64,000 nt of DNA, from NCBI GenBank assembly GCA_951406725.2, contig OX597819.1, forward strand, positions 69,378,001-69,442,000. The letters run 5' to 3'. A program made the translations under genes and the position numbers. The notes under the pieces were generated by a model that was given only the letters and a program-made list of their open reading frames with translations, made no database searches and was not told the origin of the DNA. Every line of letters begins with the position of its first letter. Position 1 is the stretch's first letter. Positions 10,298 through 20,917 of this stretch are shown here, piece by piece. The DNA is from Octopus vulgaris. Lineage: Eukaryota.

Positions 10298-12098
10298 TTA
10301 TTATTATTATTATTCTATGTTTGACTTTTGCTTTATATTTGTACAAGTTGGCTCCAAGTCTCACCCAGAGACCTCAAGAGGCAACAGGTTGGAAGTTCGT
10401 ATTGTTGTTATGCCTAGTGTGCCATATATTTGGTTTTGTATTTAGTGTTGTACTAGTGAATGCCTAAAAAAAACCGAAACTTATGCTTGTTTTAAAATTT
10501 GAGGTTACATAGAAAGTATTTTGCGTAGGATATGAGCAGTTCCCTTGAGCACTATCTTTTGAATTTCTGTCATTTTGGGGTTTCCTGGTATCTGAGTTAG
10601 GTAGCTATCAGCCCCTTTTGCTATCATTCCCAGGGCACCTATGACAACAGGTATTGTTTTAGTCTTCATTTCCACATTTTGCTGATTTCTATTTCAAGAT
10701 CTTTATATTTGCTCAGTTTTGGTAGGTCTTGACAGATATGTTTATATCGATTGGGACAGTCATATCAATGAGGAGGCATGTTCTTTGTTTGAAGTCTTTC
10801 AATGTGATGTCTGGCCTATTTGCATCTATCTTTCTGTCAGTTTGAATGGGGGAGTTCCAGAGGAGTGAGATGTGGTCATTTTCAAGCACTGGAAGTGATT
10901 TGTGTTCCCACCAGTTTTTTCATGGGGCAAATCCAGGTTTTTGCAGATTACCCAGTGAATATATTGTGCAGCTCTATCATGCCTGTTGAGATACTCTGTA
11001 GGCGCAAGAAGTCTGCAGTTGGAGACAACATGATCAATGGTTTCATTTTGTTGTTGACATACACGACATGTTAGGCTACTGCCGTTCTTTAATATGTTAG
11101 CCTGGTAGTTCCTTGTTGGTAGGCATTGATCTTGAGCTGCTATGATAAACCCTTCTGTTTCAGATTTTAAACTAGAGGCCATTAGCCATTGATGTGTCAG
11201 GGCTTTGTCAACATCTGCATTATTCGCTCTCTTTAAGTATTTGCCATAGAGAGGTTTTTCTTGCTATTTATCATTCAGAATATCTAAGGCAGCAGTTTTA
11301 GCACGGGTTTTCATGCGTTTAGCTTTTTCTGTGCTTGTTTCTTGTATGTCTAATTCCGAAATTTGTTGTATTCGGAATTCACTTAGATATTCCTTTGCCT
11401 GTTTTGTTACTGAGTATGATGCTTTCTTGTTTTCATGTTTTGAGACAAGTTTTAACATCCAGTCCTCAGAGTTTTTCAGGTAGGTGTCTAGGCCAATTGT
11501 AGTAATCTTCATTGTTATTGCCAGTTGGAAAAGTTCACGGCCCCCCTCTTTCCTTGGCAGATAAAGTCGTTCTATATCTGCCTTAGGGTGGTGCATTCTA
11601 TGCATTGTCAACAGTTTTCGTATTTTTCTGTCAAGATTACATATTTCAGTAATTGACCAGTTAACGATGTTGAAACTGTAAGTCACGACTGGTATGGCTA
11701 AAGGATTGATCGCTTCGATCCTGTTTCTCGCATTTAGCTCTGTCTTGAGTATTGCTCTTACTCTGCGATAACATTCTCTCCTGATCCTTTCCTTCATCAC
11801 TGAATGCCTAATTCCGTCCCCTTCAATTACCCCTAGGTACTTGTAGCTCTCTGCTGGGTCTAATTCTTTTATGACATTCTGCTGGTCAAGGTAAACGTTA
11901 GATGTTTCTGTCATTATTCCTTTGATAAAGGTAGGTAGCTTTTGCACATTTATCGAGGCCGAATTGCATTCTGATGTCATCGCTGAATTGTTTAACAATC
12001 GTTAGTAAGCCCTTGAGTTGATGGTCATTTTTTGCAAAGAGTTTTAAATCATCCATGTAAATGAGATGATTTATATATTTATCAAACATTTTATATCC

Positions 12099-12100
<2 letters not shown>
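10298..12100 (-). mobile_element. R4/Dong-clade non-LTR retrotransposon A, 5'-truncated and frameshifted
   Basis: RT HLIYMDDLKLFAK..MQFGLDKCA, YKYLG, CCHC knuckle CRVCQQQNETIDHVVSNC, RHD motif, restriction-like endonuclease RPDITLKD..LIDMTVP. Flanked by (TAA)n on both sides. Confidence 0.93.
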
Positions 12101-12171
<71 letters not shown>

Positions 12172-12195
12172 CATCATCATAATTATTATTATTTA
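12101..12195. repeat. (ATT)n tract between Dong elements
   Basis: Directly visible. Confidence 0.98.
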
Positions 12196-12704
12196 TTGTG
12201 TTTGCACAACTTCGAACGCTGGAGATGTACTACGGTGCCAGCTGTTCACTACCAGTGAACTAAGGTAGCAACACTTATTTTCCAGCACCATCCCCAGTAT
12301 TCGAGCAGTTCCAAGCAGTGCTGTTTTCTGCAAGTCCTCCGCCCTTATTGCAGCACCTATTTGTTCTATGTACTCCTCAAGATTTTTATTCGTAGTATTG
12401 GTACTACTACGACCTTTTTCAGCGAGCACAACTGCTTAACCTCCCAAGCTAACCTGTCATATCTATCGACTCTTCTTTCTCCTTTATCGCATACCTTATT
12501 ATCAGCAGGGCATGCTCTATCGATGTTTGCTTTCTTTCTCAATTACCACCATGTCTGGTTTCCTATTTTCAATTTCATAGTCGCACTGAATCATAAAATC
12601 CCATAGGATCTTTGCATTATCATTTTCGTCGATGCCTTCGAGTTCATGTTCGTACAATTTTTTGTTTTGTCAAGTCCATACTTGTTGCAAAGTGTCCAAT
12701 GGAT
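12196..12704 (-). mobile_element. R4/Dong element B, 3' portion
   Basis: IHWTLCNKYGL, endonuclease remnants and the C-terminal LQKTALLGTARIL. The 3' end runs into (TAA)n. Confidence 0.88.
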
Positions 12705-12930
12705 GGTGAGGCATCTTGACAGTAGTAGTAAAGCAGAATTCACTCTATATATCCACAGAAAGCAGCAGCAACCACCTAAAAATCCATTTTTAGCAATAAC
12801 ATAAATCTATTTTTGGTTGAAATTTTCGGTGAACAATTACGGAAAATTTTTGGTGAAAATTTTCGAAAAATTTTTGGGGAAAATTTTCGGCAAATGCTTT
12901 TTGAAAATTTTTGTCGAAAAATTTCCCAAA

Positions 12931-13050
12931 AAAGTATGGAAGGCCAGCAGTGCCAAAATCACAAAGTATGGAAGGGCAGCGGCACCAAAATCACAAAGTA
13001 GGGAAGACCAACGGTGCCAAAATCACAAAGTATGCAAAGCCATTATTGGG
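12931..13050 (+). repeat. 32-bp tandem subrepeat (aaagtatggaaggccagcggtgccaaaatcac); further arrays at 13546-13665, 15088-15303, 17563-17682, 19115-19330
   Basis: Unit starts at 12931, 12963, 12995 and 13027. Every array ends in aaagccattattgggtaaa. Confidence 0.92.
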
Positions 13051-14763
13051 TAAAATTTTCGGAAAATTTTTGGTAAAAAGTTTCGACAAATTATTGGGTA
13101 AGATTTTCGGTGAAAATTTTCGAAAAATTTTTTATGAAAATTTTTAGGTAAAAGTTTTGGGTAAAACTTTCAGTGAAAATTCTCGATAAATTTTTGGATA
13201 AAATTTTCAGTGAAAATTTTAGAAAAATTTTGGTGAAAATTTTCGCCAAAAATTTTCAAAACAATTTTCAAAAAAACCATATAATGAATATGCTCTATAT
13301 GCTGAAGTCTATTAATGTCGACATCGTCATAGTTGTTAAGTGTAAATCAGAATCTGGTGTATCGTGGATGGTGAAGCATCTTGACAGTAGTAGTGAAGCA
13401 GAATTCACACTATATATATACAGAAAGCAGCAGCAGCCACCTAAAGATCTATTTTTAGCAATAGCATAAATCTATTTTTGGTTGAAATTTTCGGTGAACA
13501 ATTTCGGAAAATTTTTAGTGAAAATTTTCGAAAAATTTTCCCCAAAAAGTATGGAAAGGCCAGCCGTGCCAAAATCACAAAGTATGGAAGGCCAGCGGCG
13601 CCAAAATCACAAAGTATGGAAGGCCAGTGGTGCTCAAATCCCAAAGTATGGAAAGCCATTATTGGGTAAAATTTTCGGTCAAAATTTTCAAAAAATTTTT
13701 GAGGGAAATTTTTGGGTAAAAGTTTTGGTGATAATTTTCGAAAAACCATATAACGAATATGCTCCATATGCTGTAGTCTATAAACTTCGACATCGTTTTC
13801 GGTTAAAATGCTCGGAAAAATTTGGAGAAAATTTTCGTCTAAATTTTCTGAAAATTTTTTTTGTGAATATTTTCGAAAAATTTTTGGGTGAAATTTTCGG
13901 TGAATATTTTCAAAAATTTTGGGTAAAATTTTCAGTGAAAATTTTCGAAAGAAATTTGGGTAAAATTTTAGGTAATATTTTGGATAAATTTTTTGGTAAA
14001 ATTTTCGGTAAAATTTTCAAAAATTTTTTCGGCAAAATTTTCAGTGAAAATTTTCGAAAAATTTTTGGGTAAAATTTTAGGTAAAATTTTTAAAACATTT
14101 TTGGGTAACACTTTCGGGGAAAATTTTCGAAAAAAACCATATAACGAATATGCTTTATATGCTGAAGTCAATAAACGTCGACATCGTCATAGTTGTTAAG
14201 TGTATCGTGGATGGTAAGGCATCTTGACAGTAGTAGTAGAGCAGAATTCACTCTATATATACACAGAAATCAGCAGCAGCCACCTAAAAATCTATTTTTA
14301 GCAATAACATAAACCTATTTTTCGTTAAAATTTTCGGTGAACAATTTCGGAAAATATTTGGGTAAAATTTTTGGTGAAAATTTTCCAAAAATTTTTTATG
14401 AAAATTTTCGGCAAAAATTTTGAAAAAATTTTGGGTAAAATTTTCGATGAAAATTTTCGAATAATTTTGGGAGAAACTTTTCGAAAAACAATATAACGAA
14501 TATGCTCCATATGCTGAAGTCTATAAACGTCGACATTGTTTTCGCTGAAAACTTTCGGCGGAAAATTTTCGGGAAATATTTGAAGAATTTTCGAAATATA
14601 TTTGGGTAAAATTTATGGAAAATTTTTGGTGAAAATTTTCGAAACAATTTGGGTAAAACTTTCAGTGTAAATTCTCGATAAATTTTTGGATAAAATTTTC
14701 AGTGAAAATTTTAGAAAAATTTTGGTGAAAATTTTCGCCAAAAATTTTCAAAACAATTTTCAA

Positions 14764-14871
14764 AAAAACCATATAATGAATATGCTCTATATGCTGAAGT
14801 CTATTAATGTCGACATCGTCATAGTTGTTAAGTGTAAAGCAGAATCTGGTGTATCGTGGATGGTGAAGCAT
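14764..14871 (-). pseudogene. rep: Truncated CRESS-DNA/circovirus-like Rep N-terminus, the only uninterrupted copy
   Basis: MLHHPRYTRFCFTLNNYDDVDINRLQHIEHIHYMVF. CFTLNNY is rolling-circle motif I, followed after 15 aa by the Y-hydrophobic strand YMVF. Motif II (HLQG) is absent. Confidence 0.75.
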
Positions 14872-14902
14872 CTTGACAGTAGTAGTAAAGCAGAATTCAC
14901 TC

Positions 14903-14909
14903 TATATAT
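14903..14909 (-). promoter_or_regulatory. TATA box ~30-37 nt upstream of the Rep-like ATG, repeated in most modules
   Basis: Minus strand reads aTATATAGagtgaattctgctttactactactgtcaagATG. Confidence 0.5.
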
Positions 14910-17900
14910 TCACAGCCACCTAAAAATCTATTTCTAGATATAACATAAATCTAGTTTTCGTTAAAATTTTCGTTGAATAAATTCGGAAAATTTCTGTGTA
15001 AAATTTTTGATGAAAATTTTCAAAAAATTTTTTAGGAAAATTTTCGGCAAAAATCTTTTGAAAATTTTTGCCGAAAATTTTCCCAAACAAGTATGGAAGG
15101 CCAGTGGTGCAAAAATCAAAAATTCTGGAAGGCCAGCGGTGCCAAAATCACAAAGTATTGAAGGCCAACGGTGCCAAAATCACAAAGTATGGAAAGGAAG
15201 CGGGGTTAAAATCTCAAAGTATGGAAGGCCAACGGTGCCGAAATCACAAAGTATGGAAGGCGAACGTTGCCAAAATCCCAAAGTATGGAAAGCCATTATT
15301 GGGTAAAATTTTCGGAAAATTTTTGGTGAAAGTTTTCGACAAATTATTGGGTAAAATTTTCACTGAAAATTTTCGAAAAGTTTTTGGGTAAAATTTTCAG
15401 TGAAAATTTTCGAAAGAATTTTGGGTAAAATGTTAGGTAAAATTTTGGATAAATTTTTGGGGAAGATTTTCGAAAAACCATATAACGAATATGGTTCATA
15501 TGCTTTAGTCTATAAACGTCGACATCATTTTCGGTTAAAATGTTCGGACAAATTTGGATTCGTCTAAATTTTCGGAAAATTCTTCGTGAAAATTTTCGAA
15601 AAATTTTTCGGTAAAATTTTCGTTGAAAATTTCCGAAAAATTTTTGGGTAAAATATTTAGTGAAAATTTTCAAAAAAATTTTGGGTAAAATTTTAGGTAA
15701 AACTTTGGATAAATTTTTGGGGAAAATTTTCAGTAAAATTTTCAAACAATTTTTCGGCAAAACTTTTGGTGAAAATTTTCAAAAACTATATAACGAATAT
15801 ATATGCTCCATCTGCTGAAGTCTATAAACATCGATATCGTCTAGTTGTTAAGTGTAAAGCAGAATCTAGCGTATCGTGGATGGTGAGGCATCTTAACTGT
15901 AGTAGTACACCAGAATTCACTCTATTTACTTTCCAGGGAAAATTTTCACCAAAAATTTACAAAAAATTTTAGGTAAAATTTCCTGTGAAAATTTTCGAAA
16001 AATAATATAACGAATATGCTCCATATGCTGAAGTCTATTAACGTTGACATTGTTTTCGTTGAAAATGTTCGGGGAAAAATTTTCGGGAAATATTTAGTGA
16101 AAATTTTCCAAAAATATTTGGGTAAAATTTTCGGAAAATTTTTGTTGAAAATTTTCAAAAAAATTTGTGTAAAATTTTCGATAAATTTTTGGATAAAATT
16201 TTCGGTTCAAATTTTCAAAAAATTGTGGGGAAAATTTTCGAAAAATTGTTTGGAAAATTTTGGGCAAAAGTTTTCAAAAATTTTGAGCAAAATTTTCGGT
16301 GAAAATTTTCGAAAAATTTTGGGTAAAATTTTAGGTAAAATTTTGGATAAATTTTTTGTGAAAATTTTCGAAAAATATTTTGGGAAAATTTTCGAAAGAA
16401 TTTTGGGTAAAATTTTATGTAAAATTTTGGATAAAAGTTTGGGGAAAATTTTCGGTAAAATTTTCAAAAATTTTTCGGCAAAATTTTTGGTGAAAATTTT
16501 CGTAAAACTATATAACGAGTATGCTCCATATGCTGTAGTCTATGAACGTCGATATCGTTTTCGGTTAAAATTTTCGGCTAAATTTTCGGAAAATTTTTCG
16601 CCAAAATTTTTCGGCTAAAGTTTTCGGCAAAAGTTTTCAAAAAATTTTGGGTAAAATTTTCGGTGAAAATTTTGGAAAGAATTTTGGGTAAAATTTTAGG
16701 TAAAATTTTGGATAAATCTTTGGGGAAAATTTTCGAAAAACCATATAACGAATATGCTCCATATGCTGTAGTCTATGAACGTCGATATCGTTTTCGGTTA
16801 AAATTTTCGGCTAAATTTTAGGAAAATTTTTCGCCAAAATTTTTCGGCTAAAGTTTTCGGCAAAAGTTTTCAAAAAATTTTGGGTAAAATTTTCGGTGAA
16901 AATTTTGGAAAGAATTTTGGGTAAAATTTTAGGTAAAATTTTGGATAAATCTTTGGGGAAAATTTTCGAAAAACCATATAACGAATATGCTCCATATGCT
17001 GTAGTCTATGAACGTCGATATCGTTTTCGGTTAAAATTTTTCGGCTAAAGTTTTCGGCAAAAGTTTTCAAAAAATTTTGGGTAAAATTTTCGGTGAAAAT
17101 TTTGGAAAGAATTTTGGGTAAAACTTTAGGTAAAATTTTGGATAAATCTTTGGGAAAATTTTCGAAAAACCATATAACGAATATGCTCCATATGCTGTAG
17201 TCTATATACTTCGACATCGTTTTCGGTTAAAATGTTCGGAAAAATTTGGAGAAAATTTTCGTCTAAATTTTCAAAACAATTTTCAAAAAAACCATATAAT
17301 GAATATGCTCTATATGCTGAAGTCTATTAATGTCGACATCGTCATAGTTGTTAAGTGTAAATCAGAATCTGGTGTATCGTGGATGGTGAAGCATCTTGAC
17401 AGTAGTAGTGAAGCAGAATTCACACTATATATATACAGAAAGCAGCAGCAGCCACCTAAAGATCTATTTTTTTAGCAATAGCATAAATCTATTTTTGGTT
17501 GAAATTTTCGGTGAACAATTTCGGAAAATTTTTAGTGAAAATTTTCGAAAAATTTTCCCCAAAAAGTATGGAAGGCCAGCCGTGCCAAAATCACAAAGTA
17601 TGGAAGGCCAGCGGCGCCAAAATCACAAAGTATGGAAGGCCAGTGGTGCTCAAATCCCAAAGTATGGAAAGCCATTATTGGGTAAAATTTTCGGTCAAAA
17701 TTTTCAAAAAATTTTTGAGGGAAATTTTTGGGTAAAAGTTTTGGTGATAATTTTCGAAAAACCATATAACGAATATGCTCCATATGCTGTAGTCTATAAA
17801 CTTCGACATCGTTTTCGGTTAAAATGCTCGGAAAAATTTGGAGAAAATTTTCGTCTAAATTTTCTGAAAATTTTTTTGTGAATATTTTCGAAAAATTTTT

Positions 17901-20900
17901 GGTGAAATTTTCGGTGAATATTTTCAAAAATTTTGGGTAAAATTTTCAGTGAAAATTTTCGAAAGAAATTTGGGTAAAAGTTTAGGTAATATTTTGGATA
18001 AATATTTTGGTAAAATTTTCGGTAAAATTTTCAAAAATATTTTCGGCAAAATTTTCAGTGAAAATTTTGCCGAAAAATTTTTGGGTAAAATTTTAGGTAA
18101 AATTTTTAAAACATTTTTGGGTAACACTTTCGGGGAAAATTTTCGAAAAAACCATATAACGAATATGCTTTATATGCTGAAGTCAATAAACGTCGACATC
18201 GTCATAGTTGTTAAGTGTATCGTGGATGGTAAGGCATCTTGACAGTAGTAGTAGAGCAGAATTCACTCTATATATACACAGAAATCAGCAGCAGCCACCT
18301 AAAAATCTATTTTTAGCAATAACATAAACCTATTTTTCGTTAAAATTTTCGGTGAACAATTTCGGAAAATATTTGGGTAAAATTTTTGGTGAAAATTTTC
18401 CAAAAATTTTTTATGAAAATTTTCGGCAAAAATTTTGAAAAATTTTGGGTAAAATTTTCGATGAAAATTTTCGAATAATTTTGGGAGAAACTTTTCGAAA
18501 AACAATATAACGAATATGCTCCATATGCTGAAGTCTATAAACGTCGACATTGTTTTCGCTGAAAACTTTCGGCGGAAAATTTTCGGGAAATATTTGAAGA
18601 ATTTTCGAAATATATTTGGGTAAAATTTATGGAAAATTTTTGGTGAAAATTTTCGAAACAATTTGGGTAAAACTTTCAGTGTAAATTCTCGATAAATTTT
18701 TGGATAAAATTTTCAGTGAAAATTTTAGAAAAATTTTGGTGAAAATTTTCGCCAAAAATTTTCAAAACAATTTTCAAAAAAACCATATAATGAATATGCT
18801 CTATATGCTGAAGTCTATTAATGTCGACATCGTCATAGTTGTTAAGTGTAAATCAGAATCTGGTGTATCGTGGATGGTGAAGCATCTTGACAGTAGTAGT
18901 AAAGCAGAATTCACTCTATATATTCACAGAAAGCAGCAGCAGCCACCTAAAAATCTATTTCTAGATATAACATAAATCTAGTTTTCGTTAAAATTTTCGT
19001 TGAATAAATTCGGAAAATTTCTGGGTAAAAATTTTGATGAAAATTTTCAAAAAATTTTTTAGGAAAATTTTCGGCAAAAATCTTTTGAAAATTTTTGCCG
19101 AAAATTTTCCCAAACAAGTATGGAAGGCCAGTGGTGCAAAAATCACAAATTCTGGAAGGCCAGCGGTGCCAAAATCACAAAGTATTGAAGGCCAACGGTG
19201 CCAAAATCACAAAGTATGGAAAGGAAGCGGGGTTAAAATCTCAAAGTATGGAAGGCCAACGGTGCCGAAATCACAAAGTATGGAAGGCGAACGTTGCCAA
19301 AATCCCAAAGTATGGAAAGCCATTATTGGGTAAAATTTTCGGAAAATTTTTGGTGAAAGTTTTCGACAAATTATTGGGTAAAATTTTCACTGAAAATTTT
19401 CGAAAAGTTTTTGGGTAAAATTTTCAGTGAAAATTTTCGAAAGAATTTTGGGTAAAATTTTAGGTAAAATTTTGGATAAATTTTTGGGGAAGATTTTCGA
19501 AAAACCATATAACGAATATGGTTCATATGCTTTAGTCTATAAACGTCGACATCATTTTCGGTTAAAATGTTCGGACAAATTTGGATTCGTCTAAATTTTC
19601 GGAAAATTCTTCGTGAAAATTTTCGAAAAATTTTTCGGTAAAATTTTCGTTGAAAATTTCCGAAAAATTTTTGGGTAAAATATTTAGTGAAAATTTTCAA
19701 AAAAATTTTGGGTAAAATTTTAGGTAAAACTTTGGATAAATTTTTGGGGAAAATTTTCAGTAAAATTTTCAAACAATTTTTCGGCAAAATTTTTGGTGAA
19801 AATTTTCAAAAACTATATAACGAATATGCTCCATATGCTGAAGTCTATAAACATCGATATCGTCTAGTTGTTAAGTGTAAAGCAGAATCTAGCGTATCGT
19901 GGATGGTGAGGCATCTTAACTCTATTTAAATTCCAGGGAAAATTTTCACCAAAAATTTACAAAAAATTTAGGTAAAATTTCCTATGAAAATTTTCGAAAA
20001 ATAATATAACGAATATGCTCCATATGCTGAAGTCTATTAACGTTGACATTGTTTTCGTTGAAAATGTTCGGGGAAAAATTTTCGGGAAATATTTAGTGAA
20101 AATTTTCCAAAAATATTTGGGTAAAATTTTCGGAAAATTTTTGTTGAAAATTTTCAAAAAAATTTGTGTAAAATTTTCGATAAATTTTTGGATAAAATTT
20201 TCGCTTCAAATTTTCGAAAAATTGTGGGGAAAATTTTCGAAAAATTGTTTGGAAAATTTTGGGCAAAAGTTTTCAAAAAATTTTGAGTAAAATTTTCGGT
20301 GAAAATTTTCGAAAGAATTTTGGGTAAAATTTTAGGTAAAATTTTGGATAAATTTTTTGTGAAAATTTTCGAAAAATATTTTGGGAAAATTTTCGAAAGA
20401 ATTTTGGGTAAAATTTTATGTAAAATTTTGGATAAAAGTTTGGGGAAAATTTTCGGTAAAATTTTCAAAAAATTTTTCGGCAAAATTTTTGGTGAAAATT
20501 TTCGTAAAACTATATAACGAGTATGCTCCATATGCTGTAGTCTATGAACGTCGATATCGTTTTCGGTTAAAATTTTCGGCTAAATTTTCGGAAAATTTTT
20601 CGCCAAAATTTTTCGGCTAAAGTTTTCGGCAAAAGTTTTCAAAAAATTTTGGGTAAAATTTTCGGTGAAAATTTTGGAAAGAATTTTGGGTAAAATTTTA
20701 GGTAAAATTTTGGATAAATTTTTGGGGAAAATTTTCGAAAAACCATATAACGAATATGCTCCATATGCTGTAGTCTATATACTTCGACATCGTTTTCGGT
20801 TAAAATGTTCGGAAAAATTTGGAGAAAATTTTCGTCTAAATTTTCGGAATATTTTTTGGGAAAATTTTCGAAAACTTTTTGGGTAAAATTTTCGGTGAAA

Positions 20901-20917
20901 ATTTTCGAAACATTTCG

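Noticed and set aside
13965-14115. Nonanucleotide-like AAATATTAC (minus, ~13971) and AAGTGTTAC (minus, ~14105) as a CRESS origin
   Set aside because: They are single variants of the abundant AAATTTTACC motif and have no GC-rich stem around them, so they cannot be told from chance.
16300-16960. ttaggtaaaa/ttgggtaaaa units as interstitial telomere
   Set aside because: No tandem TTAGGG; they are 12-bp A4T4-based units.
12931-20780. CRISPR-like pattern (conserved ~50-bp modules with variable spacers; 32-bp repeats)
   Set aside because: The spacers are themselves repetitive and 200-700 bp long, the 32-mers are contiguous, there are no cas genes, and the context is eukaryotic.
12813-20886. Long K/I/F-rich ORFs (KIFGKIF...) in the satellite
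   Set aside because: They are by-products of AAAATTTT repeats, open in several frames on both strands. Only the minus-strand Rep-like 36 codons look like real protein.
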